Below are positions 9,517 through 18,488 of a stretch of DNA of 64,000 nt, piece after piece. The DNA lies in assembly GCA_963749495.1 (NCBI GenBank), contig CAVVMW010000014.1, forward strand, positions 597,317 through 661,316, given 5' to 3'. The notes beneath the pieces are model-generated. The model worked only from the letters and a program-made list of their open reading frames with translations. It was not told the DNA's origin and ran no database searches. The stretch is from an uncultured bacterium. Lineage in GTDB: Bacteria; Verrucomicrobiota; Verrucomicrobiia; Limisphaerales; UBA8199. How positions within the stretch are numbered: position 1 is the stretch's first letter; every line of letters begins with the position of its first letter. A program made the position numbers and the translations under genes.

Positions 9517-9888
9517 TCACGGCTTCAAAAGAGCTTGGAACTCGCGAAAGCCCTCCTGAATGGCGGCATGGCTCTGTGCTTCCATCCGATGATACAACGC
9601 CACCACCTTCTGTCCCATCTTGGTTAAGACCGCTCCGCCGCCGCCCTTGCCCCCGCGCTTGGTGACTACCACAGGTGAGCGAAACCGCCCATTAAGAGTC
9701 CTCACATGCATCCACACCGTCATATAGGCCATGCCCATTTGGGCTGCCGCCGACCGCAAACTGCCCGTCTCCCCGATCAGTTCAAGCAACTGAACGCGGC
9801 CCGGCCCCAAAGCCGCGTCCCGGCCGCACATCACCCGCAACCGGGGAAGCACCGACGCCGGCAAAGCAACGCATTTCTTCTTCCGCAT
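9517..9888 (-). CDS. modE: ModE-family molybdate regulator, winged-helix domain only
   Basis: LGPGRVQLLELIGETGSLRSAAAQMGMAY...VTKRGGKGGGGAVLTKMG. Confidence 0.85.
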   Translation of the reverse strand: MRKKKCVALPASVLPRLRVMCGRDAALGPGRVQLLELIGETGSLRSAAAQMGMAYMTVWMHVRTLNGRFRSPVVVTKRGGKGGGGAVLTKMGQKVVALYHRMEAQSHAAIQEGFREFQALLKP

Positions 9889-9999
9889 AACGCTCGAACG
9901 CATGATGGGGTTGAGCTTCGCTCGAAGGCGAACCTTTTTACAGCACCCTTTAGCCACTTCGCCGCGAGAAAAGGACCACGAAGATCCAGGCTTCCGGGA

Positions 10000-10130
10000 A
10001 GATCGGGTTGGTAGCCAGCCGACGCGCCGGGAAATCCCAGACCTGAATGGTCCCGTTCGCGTTGCCGAGGGCCAGCCAACAACCGTCTCTCGAAAGGTCG
10101 ATACTCGAATGGTTGGTCTCCAAGATGAAA
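10000..10130 (-). pseudogene. Isolated WD40-repeat gene fragment
   Basis: SIDLSRDGCWLALGNANGTIQVWDFPARR without flanking ORF context. Confidence 0.4.
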
Positions 10131-10308
10131 GGAAAATGGCAGGGTGCTGGAACAGCAGCGTGAACATCCCGCCGGGTATTCTCGTCAAATCTGACCAGGC
10201 ACCATGAACGAACCAGTCGCCATTCCACAAGTCGGGCCGAGGAGGGCCGAACGATTGACCCGGGAACACCAAAGGTAAACACCAACGCCATCAAAGGAAC
10301 CAACACAA

Positions 10309-12465
10309 ATGAACTTTCGATCAAGCAATTGGCTCAAGGCCTGCGTGGCCACGTCGCCCTTTTTGCTGGCCGCCTTCATGGAGGCGGCAGACCAGCCCCC
10401 CAAGGTCGCCCAGATCAATGCTCCGCCGGAAACCAAGGCGGCCATGATGGAGTTGTGGCGCCGGGGTGAATGCCAGCTCAGCGCCGTTTATCTGCCGGCC
10501 GAGAAGCGCTCACCGGTGCCTGCCAATATCGGTGCGACGCCGGTGATCACGCCGCGCCTCTACAACACCAAAGGCGCGATCTTGTGCTATGCCGTCAACG
10601 GCCAGAGAATTTGGGCAGCCGACAACCTGGCCCTTTACCAGATTGATGCGGCCAGCGGGAAGGAAATCAGGCGGTTTGCGGCTAGGGAGGGGTTGCCCGG
10701 CGAGACGGTCCAGTCCATGGTGGCGACCGGCGACATGGTTTGGCTGGCAACGCGCGGTGGTCTGGCGAGGCTTTCGGTTCAGGCGGGGACAATCGCACCG
10801 GTGCCGGAGGTGCACTGTATGCTGGGGCGATTGGCCGCCGGCTCAAACGGCGTCTGGCTCATCGGCGATGGGGGCGCGTACCACTTGTTGCCGGGAGAAG
10901 CGAAGTGGAAGCAGCTCCCGCTCTTCCCAGGTCAGCCGGAGCTGGCCGGGATGGCCCGCCGGGGCTTTTGGTCGGCGCTCTGGCGCGATAAGCTGCAGGC
11001 GGCGCTGCCCCAGGCAACCGCTACTGCGGATGGCTTTCATGCCCTCTGCTTCGACAACCTGATTCGGTTTGATACGTCTTCGGGAACCTGGACGACCATC
11101 GCCCGGCAGGCCTCGCAATTTGTGCCGGGACAAAACGCGGTCTGGTGCCTGACTACGGGGGGCTTGCTGCGATCGCAACCAGGCGAGGCCAAGCCGACGG
11201 TCTATGCGCCGGGCCAGGGGCTTGCAGCTGGGCGGCTGGTAGGCCTGGCCGTGACCGGACAGGCGGTCTGGGTCCTCAGCGAGCCGGACTACGATGCCGC
11301 CGCGCAGCGATATGTCGGTGGTGGGATCAGCCGGTTCGAGTTGGCCGGCAACACATGGACGGTGACGGAAAAAGTCAACGAGATGGACATCCGCTTCGCC
11401 ACCGCCATTGCAGCCCAGCGCAACGAGGTCTGGGTCGCCTGCAGTCTCTATGACAAGGTCGAGGAGTTTTCCGCGCATCCAGGCATGGCGCACGTCAAGC
11501 GGTGGTTGCCCCACCGCACCGGCATCGGTTTGCTGCACTATCGCGCCGGAGCCTGGACGCTGTTGCGCGGGGAAAACCTGAAGACGGAGAAGCGTTGGGT
11601 GCTTGGCCAAGCTGGAGAGGTTGCAGCCGATCTGCTCGGTCCCCAGAGTGTGGAGCGGCTGTGTGCGGCGGGGGAGCGTGTTTGGGGTGAATATCGGATC
11701 GCGGGTGAGAAGTACTATGGCGGCTACTATATCTCCGCTGGTTGTCTTGCGGAGACGGCAGCGAGCGGACCCAGGAGCGTGTTTGACGTGCGAAGCGGGG
11801 AACTGGGCCTGGCGGGTGAGCAGCCGGAGCTGCTCCTGATTTCCCTCTCGCACGGCGAGATCGTCCGGGGCGAGGGACAACCAGTCATCCTGGGCATGGA
11901 AAACCCTGCCGGCCGGGTGTGCGTCATTACGGAAAGCGGCGTGTATTTCTTCGATGAGAATTCTGGCAAGTTCCAACCGGCCATGCGCGAGCCTTTCCGG
12001 GCCTACTGGCATGTGACCACGGCGGTGCCCGGAACGGATGGCGCATGGTTTGGTGGCGACGCGGGCACGATCAGCCGCCTGGACCGTGCCACCGGCCGGC
12101 TCGATCTGGTGGGCGTGATGAAGGGACGGAAGATCACCGCGATGGCCAGGACAGATGACGGGATCGCGGTGAAGACGGAGAAGACCGAGGCCGTGCTGCC
12201 GGCAAGCCTTAGCGACGCCCCCCAGATTCCGGCGGCCGATGTGGTCGCCTGGGATGGCAAGGCTTGGAAGACTGCCACGCTGGGCGTCGAGCCCACCCCG
12301 TCCGAGTTCCAGTTCGAGAAGGACAGCAGTTACCTCGCGAAGGCCGGCCATCGCGTGGCGTTCATCAAGGGTGTCTTCCGCCCTACCGTGCTCTGTGAGG
12401 ATAAAGCCGGCGGGCTGCTCTGGTTCGCAGCCTACAACAGCATCGGGGCGGTCCCTCTGCCATGA
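10309..12465 (+). CDS. Exported beta-propeller-like hypothetical protein
   Basis: Signal-like N-terminus; repeated WLAT.GGL / VWV / GGISRF strands. Confidence 0.65.
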   Translation: MNFRSSNWLKACVATSPFLLAAFMEAADQPPKVAQINAPPETKAAMMELWRRGECQLSAVYLPAEKRSPVPANIGATPVITPRLYNTKGAILCYAVNGQRIWAADNLALYQIDAASGKEIRRFAAREGLPGETVQSMVATGDMVWLATRGGLARLSVQAGTIAPVPEVHCMLGRLAAGSNGVWLIGDGGAYHLLPGEAKWKQLPLFPGQPELAGMARRGFWSALWRDKLQAALPQATATADGFHALCFDNLIRFDTSSGTWTTIARQASQFVPGQNAVWCLTTGGLLRSQPGEAKPTVYAPGQGLAAGRLVGLAVTGQAVWVLSEPDYDAAAQRYVGGGISRFELAGNTWTVTEKVNEMDIRFATAIAAQRNEVWVACSLYDKVEEFSAHPGMAHVKRWLPHRTGIGLLHYRAGAWTLLRGENLKTEKRWVLGQAGEVAADLLGPQSVERLCAAGERVWGEYRIAGEKYYGGYYISAGCLAETAASGPRSVFDVRSGELGLAGEQPELLLISLSHGEIVRGEGQPVILGMENPAGRVCVITESGVYFFDENSGKFQPAMREPFRAYWHVTTAVPGTDGAWFGGDAGTISRLDRATGRLDLVGVMKGRKITAMARTDDGIAVKTEKTEAVLPASLSDAPQIPAADVVAWDGKAWKTATLGVEPTPSEFQFEKDSSYLAKAGHRVAFIKGVFRPTVLCEDKAGGLLWFAAYNSIGAVPLP

Positions 12466-14153
12466 ATCGTCTTTTCCATCTCCTCACGGTCATCATCACT
12501 GGCGCAACCGTGCTGGCGCTGGAAGTGCTGGGCACGCGTGTCATCGGCACCTACTACGGCAGCAGCCTCTACGTCTGGGCCGCCTTGCTCTGCACCACCC
12601 TGGTCTGTCTGGCGCTGGGTTACGCCGTGGGCGGGCGCTTGGCAGATCGGCTGCCTAGCCCCAGGACCATGTATGTCATTGTGCTCCTGTCGGGCCTGGC
12701 CATCTGGCTGGTGCCGCGGTTGACGGGGGTGCTGGCGCCGCTGGGCGAACGGCTGGGTTTGGCTTGGGGGGCGATGGCCAGCGCCTTCGTGATCTTTTTC
12801 CTGCCATTGACGCTGCTGGCGATGATGAGCCCTTACGTCATCCGTCTGCGCGCGCCGAAGGTGGAGGGCGTGGGAGCCACCAGCGGCCTGGTCTATGCCC
12901 TGAGCACCGTGGGCAGTGTGGCCGGCGTGCTCCTGGTCGGCTTTGTGATGATCCCAACACTGGGAACGACACGCTCGCTGAGCGCATGTTCGGGCGCGAT
13001 GATCGCGCTGGGCGCGGTCGGGTTGGCGTTCTCGTGGCGCGCCGGAGGTTGGGCGATCATCCTGCTCGTCCTGCCTCTCGCCTTCCGCCCGGCGCACGTT
13101 CCAGTCCCCGGCGAGATCTACCATGCGGAAAGCCCCTACGGCGAGTTGCGGGTCATCAACAACCTCCGCGACCGCCACCGCATGCTCATGGTCAACGGCG
13201 TCATGCAGACGGGCCTGCCGTTGGACATGGACCTGTTAGGCCGGGCCGCGGCCCTTAAGACCGACAGCTACTACCTGGAACTGCTGCCCTATTACTTTTC
13301 AGACCTCGCCGCTGGGCGCCAGGGCATCCTGATTGGCCTCGCTGGCGGCATGTTCCCTCGCGTCATGGAGATGTACGACGTTGATTTGACCGCGGTCGAG
13401 CTCGACGTGAAAGTCGCCGAACTGGCCAAGGCCTACTTTGGCTATCGCGGCGAGATTCGCCTGTCCTCCGGCCGGCGGCTCGACTTGGACGTGTCGCGAT
13501 TTCCCAACCGCCAGTCGCCGGCCATGCACCAGCATCTTGACCAAGCCACACCTGAGCACCGCGCCGAGCACGAATCGCCAGGCCCCTACCACGGCCGTGC
13601 TTTGATCCAGGACGGACGGCAATACCTAGCGAGCCACCCGGTTCGCACCGATTTCATCGTGGTCGATGCCTACAACTCGGACACCATTCCTTTTCATCTC
13701 ATCACGCGCGAGTTTTTCCGACTGGTCAGGAGCCGATTGGTGGACGACGGCGTTCTGGCCATCAATTACATTGGCCGCCCCGCCGGCGATTTCGTCACCG
13801 ACTCTCTCTTCCGGACGCTGCGGGATGTCTTCGGCAAGGACATGATCCGCGCCTACCGCACTCTCGACAACGACAAGCCGGTCCAGGTCATCATCGTGTT
13901 CGCGTTTATGCGGGAGAAACCGCTCTTGCCGCTGTGGAGAGATTCCTCGAGCGGCCCCGGAACCGACAAGCTCAGCTATGAACTGGCTCGGCGTGAGCTT
14001 GTGCCCGACCCCGCGCGCGGGATTGTGATTACGGATGATCTCAACCCGATCGACCTGGCACGGTGCGGCACGGCCTTGGAGTGGCGCGTGCAGACAATGC
14101 TGGCGACGCGTTCCTCGCCAACGCCTCAGCAATCAGGGCTGCTGGAACCATGA
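12462..14153 (+). CDS. Fused membrane domain / spermidine-synthase-like SAM-dependent enzyme
   Basis: GSSLYVWAALL, YALSTVGSVAG, IGLAGG, VELD, DGRQYL, DFIVVDAY..PFHLITREFF. Confidence 0.85.
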   Translation: MNRLFHLLTVIITGATVLALEVLGTRVIGTYYGSSLYVWAALLCTTLVCLALGYAVGGRLADRLPSPRTMYVIVLLSGLAIWLVPRLTGVLAPLGERLGLAWGAMASAFVIFFLPLTLLAMMSPYVIRLRAPKVEGVGATSGLVYALSTVGSVAGVLLVGFVMIPTLGTTRSLSACSGAMIALGAVGLAFSWRAGGWAIILLVLPLAFRPAHVPVPGEIYHAESPYGELRVINNLRDRHRMLMVNGVMQTGLPLDMDLLGRAAALKTDSYYLELLPYYFSDLAAGRQGILIGLAGGMFPRVMEMYDVDLTAVELDVKVAELAKAYFGYRGEIRLSSGRRLDLDVSRFPNRQSPAMHQHLDQATPEHRAEHESPGPYHGRALIQDGRQYLASHPVRTDFIVVDAYNSDTIPFHLITREFFRLVRSRLVDDGVLAINYIGRPAGDFVTDSLFRTLRDVFGKDMIRAYRTLDNDKPVQVIIVFAFMREKPLLPLWRDSSSGPGTDKLSYELARRELVPDPARGIVITDDLNPIDLARCGTALEWRVQTMLATRSSPTPQQSGLLEP

Positions 14154-14155
14154 GT

Positions 14156-14333
14156 ACCGCATAGAGCCTTTGCTGGCCCTCCTTCTCCATTTCCAGCAGC
14201 CCCGCCTCTTTCAGAATCCGCAGGTGCTTCGACACGTTGTATTGCGACATCTCCAGGCGCTCCGAGATTTGATTCACCCCCAGTTGCTCCCTCAGCACCA
14301 ACCCCACGATATGCACGCGGTTCAACTCACCCA
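14156..14333 (-). pseudogene. arsR fragment (copy of 5088-5265) lacking both termini
   Basis: GELNRVHIVGLVLREQLGVNQISERLEMSQYNVSKHLRILKEAGLLEMEKEGQQRLYAV. Confidence 0.8.
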
Positions 14334-14355
14334 ACCATGAAGCCTCCGTTCCTCA

Positions 14356-14847
14356 TCAAATTGATGAGCGCCGCTCAAAACGTCCGTCAGCGAGAACGGC
14401 TTTGGTGTCCTTGCCATCGAGCCAGCCGACACGGCCTGCTTTGAAGCAGTCAAAAGCGGGCACGTAAGGTTTGATGTCCAGCAAAGGCGTCTCGTCCAGA
14501 ATATCCACCTCGCCAATCCGAAGCCGGTTTCCATCAACGCCCAACAGCCGCACGCTTGACAGGCCAATTGCATTGGGCCGGCAGGGCGAGCGCGTGGCGA
14601 AAACGCCACGCTCCTGCTGTTCCAGGAACGGCTTCACCACCAACTGGGCAGGCGTCGTCCGATCAAACCAATAGACCAGCCAAATCCGCTCGAATCCCTC
14701 CAGGTCTCGCAGACCGGGAGCGAACTCCGCAAATACCTCCACCCAACCTTCGGCGCCTTTGGCCATGGCACTTTGAATTGGGGTGCCGACGGCTTTCTGA
14801 AACGGAGAATGGATGATCCCGATGGGTTTAAGAATCAAGTCGCTCAT
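14356..14847 (-). CDS. trmO: TrmO/TsaA (YaeB) family SAM-binding methyltransferase
   Basis: LKPIGIIHSPF, GVFATRSPCRPNAIGLS, DILDETPLLDIKPY. Confidence 0.85.
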   Translation of the reverse strand: MSDLILKPIGIIHSPFQKAVGTPIQSAMAKGAEGWVEVFAEFAPGLRDLEGFERIWLVYWFDRTTPAQLVVKPFLEQQERGVFATRSPCRPNAIGLSSVRLLGVDGNRLRIGEVDILDETPLLDIKPYVPAFDCFKAGRVGWLDGKDTKAVLADGRFERRSSI

Positions 14848-14864
14848 TGCGGCCTCAACACGCG

Positions 14865-16241
14865 TTAGCGTTCAACGTGCCGACCTGAAGCCCTGTTGGC
14901 CGGCGTTGCGCCAGCGGGCAGGCTTGCGGCGTTCGCGGTTATTTTCAAAGCCTTCAGCTTCCGAAAGAGCGTGCTGGGATTGATGCCCAATTCCTTTGCG
15001 GCCTTCTGCCGGTTGCCGCCGTTCCGGCGCAGCGCGTCCGAAATCAGCAGCCTTTCCATCGATTCGAGCGTGGTGGCCTTTCCCAAACGCAACGCCTCGC
15101 CCAGGGCGCCGCCGCGCAGGCCCGGCGGCAGGTGTTTCACCTCGATCACCCCTCCCTGGCACAACACGAAGGCATGCTCGATAATATTCTCCAACTCCCG
15201 CACGTTGCCGGGAAAGTCATGCTCCATCAGCCGGGCCAGCACCTCGTCAGAGACTCCCGCGATGTCTTTGCCCTTGAGCCGATTGAACCGCGCGATGAAA
15301 TGGTCGATGAGCAGGGCAATGTCCTCCCGGCGGTCCCGCAGGCTGGGCAATTCAAGCCGGATGACGTGAATCCGATAAAACAGGTCTTCGCGAAACCGGC
15401 CCTGTTCCACCAGCTTGCTCAAGCTCTTGTTGGTGGCGGCGATGACGCGCACGTCGGTCTTTACCGGTTCCACCCCGCCCAGAGGCTCATAAATCCGCTC
15501 CTGCAGCACGCGCAATAGCCGCGCTTGCATAGCCGGCGAAATGTCGCCTATCTCATCGAGGAGAATCGTCCCACCCTCCGCCAGCGCAAACCGGCCCGGC
15601 TTGTCGCGCCGGGCGTCCGTGAATGCGCCGGCTTTGTAGCCGAAAAGTTCTGATTCCAAAAGATTATCGGGCAGCGCCCCGCAGTTGATGGCCACAAATC
15701 GCTTTGCACGCCTCCGAGACAGGTTGTGTACGGCGCGGGCAAAGAGCTCCTTGCCTGTGCCGCTGGCCCCCTCGATGAGCACCGCGCTGTCGCTCTCGGC
15801 GATCTGCGGCAGGATCTCGAAAAGCTGCCGCATGGCCCCACCGCGCCCGATGATGTCCGAAAAAGAGTTCTGCTGCTGCAACTCGCGGTGAAGCTCCTCG
15901 ACCAGGCGCAAGTCGCGAAAGCTCTCCACCCCGCCAATAATCCGGCCGCGCTCATCCTTCAAAGCCGCCGTGGAAATGCTGATGGGAATTTTCTGTCCGC
16001 GCGCGTCCACGATGTAAACCACCCGGTTGACCACCCGGCGGCTGGTGGACAGGGTCTGCTTTAGCGCACAGGCGTTCTCACATATACTGGCGCGAAACAC
16101 GTCGCAGCAGCGGCGGCCCACCGCGTCGGCGCGTTTGATCCCGGTGATCTGCTCGGCCGCGCGGTTGAAAAAGGTCACGCGCCACTCAGCATCCACCGTG
16201 AACACGCCATCCGGGACATAATCCAGCAGATTGTCCAACAT
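14865..16241 (-). CDS. Sigma54-dependent activator, Cys-containing PAS + AAA+ + Fis HTH (OrpR-like)
   Basis: PAS with CCDVFRASICENAC; GASGTGKE; GAFTDA; FREDLFYR; FPGNVRELEN; LGINPSTLFRK. Confidence 0.9.
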   Translation of the reverse strand: MLDNLLDYVPDGVFTVDAEWRVTFFNRAAEQITGIKRADAVGRRCCDVFRASICENACALKQTLSTSRRVVNRVVYIVDARGQKIPISISTAALKDERGRIIGGVESFRDLRLVEELHRELQQQNSFSDIIGRGGAMRQLFEILPQIAESDSAVLIEGASGTGKELFARAVHNLSRRRAKRFVAINCGALPDNLLESELFGYKAGAFTDARRDKPGRFALAEGGTILLDEIGDISPAMQARLLRVLQERIYEPLGGVEPVKTDVRVIAATNKSLSKLVEQGRFREDLFYRIHVIRLELPSLRDRREDIALLIDHFIARFNRLKGKDIAGVSDEVLARLMEHDFPGNVRELENIIEHAFVLCQGGVIEVKHLPPGLRGGALGEALRLGKATTLESMERLLISDALRRNGGNRQKAAKELGINPSTLFRKLKALKITANAASLPAGATPANRASGRHVER

Positions 16242-16306
16242 CCCTCGCAGCTTACGCCGCTGACGACTTTGAGGCCAGCACCAAGAAACTCCCGCACTGA
16301 GGACAT

Positions 16307-17155
16307 TTAGGAAAAAATCATGCACGAGCCCGTAGCCCAATCTGAGCATCGCCCCGGAAAGGAGGTCCATAATTGCGCCACCGCCGCCAGGCCCGTACAG
16401 TGGCCGACAGCGACCCGTTGGACATCCCACCGGCGAAAGGCTGCGAGGGTTCGTTTCAGCCGTTCCGGACTGGCATCGATCAGGTGCAATCCGCCCAAAA
16501 GGGCGTGGATGGGCCGGCCACCTGTGATTTGGCGGATATAGTCCACCGTATTCACAACGCCGGCATGAGCGCACCCCAGGATTACCACCAAGCCCGGAGG
16601 CGTATCAAAGAACAGGGCCTGGTCGTCCAATAGCGGGTCGGGCTGATTGCAGCCTTCGTCCAGAAAGAAACGTCCGCCCGTATCCTCGAAGTCAGTGCAG
16701 CGCGGGATTTCACCGGTAACGAAGATGCCTTCCACCATCTCGGTGGGTTTCAGGGTCCACACGACAGAGTTCTGGGATTGGCGGATGAATTGCGCGTCGA
16801 TCTCCGCCATTCCCACCGGCCAACTGTCGTGGTCAGGGTCCTCAGTCTCCTGGGCGAACTTAGGTGTCAAGGCGGCCGGGTGCACGTAAAGTCGCGCCTT
16901 GGGGGCCAGGCCTCGAAGCGGTCCCAATCCCCCCGTATGGTCATAATGGCCATGACTCAAGGCGACAGCCTCCACGTTTTCCAGGTCCAGGCCGAGCGTG
17001 TGCGCGTTTTTCACAATCAGGTCGCTTCGGCCGGTATCGAACAACAGGCGGTGCCGGCCTGTTTTGATGAAAAAAGCCAGGCCATGCTCCGCCTGCAGGT
17101 CGGGCCCGTGCACGCAGTTGTCGACCAACGCAGTCACACAAATAGCGTCACTCAT
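16307..17155 (-). CDS. MBL-fold metallohydrolase (dihydropterin-RFA-phosphate synthase-like)
   Basis: AEHGL, LLFDTG, SHGHYDHTGG, GCAHAG, GGLHL, GHCTG. Confidence 0.85.
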   Translation of the reverse strand: MSDAICVTALVDNCVHGPDLQAEHGLAFFIKTGRHRLLFDTGRSDLIVKNAHTLGLDLENVEAVALSHGHYDHTGGLGPLRGLAPKARLYVHPAALTPKFAQETEDPDHDSWPVGMAEIDAQFIRQSQNSVVWTLKPTEMVEGIFVTGEIPRCTDFEDTGGRFFLDEGCNQPDPLLDDQALFFDTPPGLVVILGCAHAGVVNTVDYIRQITGGRPIHALLGGLHLIDASPERLKRTLAAFRRWDVQRVAVGHCTGLAAVAQLWTSFPGRCSDWATGSCMIFS

Positions 17156-17219
17156 GGGCTCCCAAGGTTAGAGGAACATGGCTGAGTGGGCCTGAGAGCA
17201 GGCATCATGCGGATGCAAA

Positions 17220-17236
17220 AGCAGTAATTGTGCCGA
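17220..17236 (-). promoter_or_regulatory. Sigma54 -24/-12 promoter CGGCAC-AATTA-CTGCT for the MBL-activator-trmO operon
   Basis: GG-N10-GC spacing, about 65 bp upstream of the 17155 start. Confidence 0.7.
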
Positions 17237-17376
17237 AGCGGCCCGGGAGCCAGGGTTGGTGACTGTTCGCGCCCGCTCACAGGAGCACGCACACCTCGTC
17301 CGCGCGTTCTTGGCAACCACCGGCCTGCGGACCGGGTGCCGTGCCCCTCTACGGCATCGCTGTTCAAGTTCGAGGA

Positions 17377-17421
17377 TTGCAAAATGCCACTGTTGGCCTT
17401 GCTGAGAATTGCACTTTGCAA
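17377..17421. promoter_or_regulatory. Paired enhancer (UAS) sites TTGCAAAATGCCA and TTGCACTTTGCAA
   Basis: TTGCA-N3-TGC(C/A)A dyads 32 bp apart, 140-185 bp upstream of the sigma54 promoter. Confidence 0.55.
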
Positions 17422-17852
17422 CGGATTTGGATGGGCTTCTTCCCCTCCTTTTGGCCCGCCCCACTCCGCATGGTCCGTCGCGAGTTGGGGAGATTGCCTG
17501 GACCGTGCTCTGGTTTTCTTGCACATCCGAGGTGGGATTCAGTGCCGAAGGGATCAGAACGCCGGTCACTTGCCAGGCTGCCTCTGCCGCTCGTCCCTAA
17601 ATTCTAGCCGCTGGTCCCTAAGCTCCGGCCAATCGCTCCTTCTGCGGGAGGCCATGGCGTCTCCCGGGGACATGGCTGACTCTGGTCACGATTCGACCGT
17701 GACCGCCCTCCATGACGACTCAAATGGGCCGAAAGCCTGGGAAAGAGGGCGAAGCAAAAGAGCGTGTCGCAAGGCGGGCACACAACCTGCTCTCTGCCTT
17801 GGCAGCAAGCCCGTGTTCCGACAACGGCTCATTCAACCGCGACGACCTAATC

Positions 17853-18488
17853 ATGCCATCGACAAGACCAGCCGTGCGTGCCGCCTGCGCCAGAGCCCAG
17901 CCGAGCGCTGACGTTCGGCCCAGTGCGGGACCCCCAATCATTTACTCCGAGGCGGAGAGGGCCGAGCGCCGGGCCTTAGGTCTGCCGCCTTGCGGACCGG
18001 CAGCCTCCGGGCAGCTTCAGACTGAAGCTTGCCTCAACCACTCGCCCATTCGGAAGCGTGCCATCCGTGCGCCGGGCGTTCTGAACGAGGCGTCCGTCTA
18101 TGGAAGCGCCTTCTCGCGTGGGCTGCGCGTGGACTTGCCCGGCGGCATCACGCACTTGCTCATCAGCGGCACCGCCAGTGTGGGAGAAGAGGGCCAGACC
18201 GTCCATCCCGGCGACTTCCGGGCTCAACTGTGGCGGACGTATCGGAACATCACGGAGTTGCTCAAGAGTGAAGGAGCCACCTGGCACGACGTCGTCCGGA
18301 CGACCTGCTACCTCCGCGACATCGAGCGCGACTACGCGGAGTTTAACAGCATACGCAATGAATTCTTCAGGGCGCTGGGCCTCGACCCTTTCCCCGCCAG
18401 CACCGGAGTTCAGGCGCGCATCTGCCGCAGCGATTTGTTGGTGGAAATCGAGGCGATGGCCATTCTCTACAGAGGGGCAGACAAATGA
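17853..18488 (+). CDS. Rid (YjgF/RidA) superfamily protein with chorismatase-like C-domain motifs (start uncertain)
   Basis: SAFSRG, LLISGTASV, HPGDFRAQ, PASTGVQARICRSDLLVEIEAMA. Confidence 0.8.
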   Translation: MPSTRPAVRAACARAQPSADVRPSAGPPIIYSEAERAERRALGLPPCGPAASGQLQTEACLNHSPIRKRAIRAPGVLNEASVYGSAFSRGLRVDLPGGITHLLISGTASVGEEGQTVHPGDFRAQLWRTYRNITELLKSEGATWHDVVRTTCYLRDIERDYAEFNSIRNEFFRALGLDPFPASTGVQARICRSDLLVEIEAMAILYRGADK

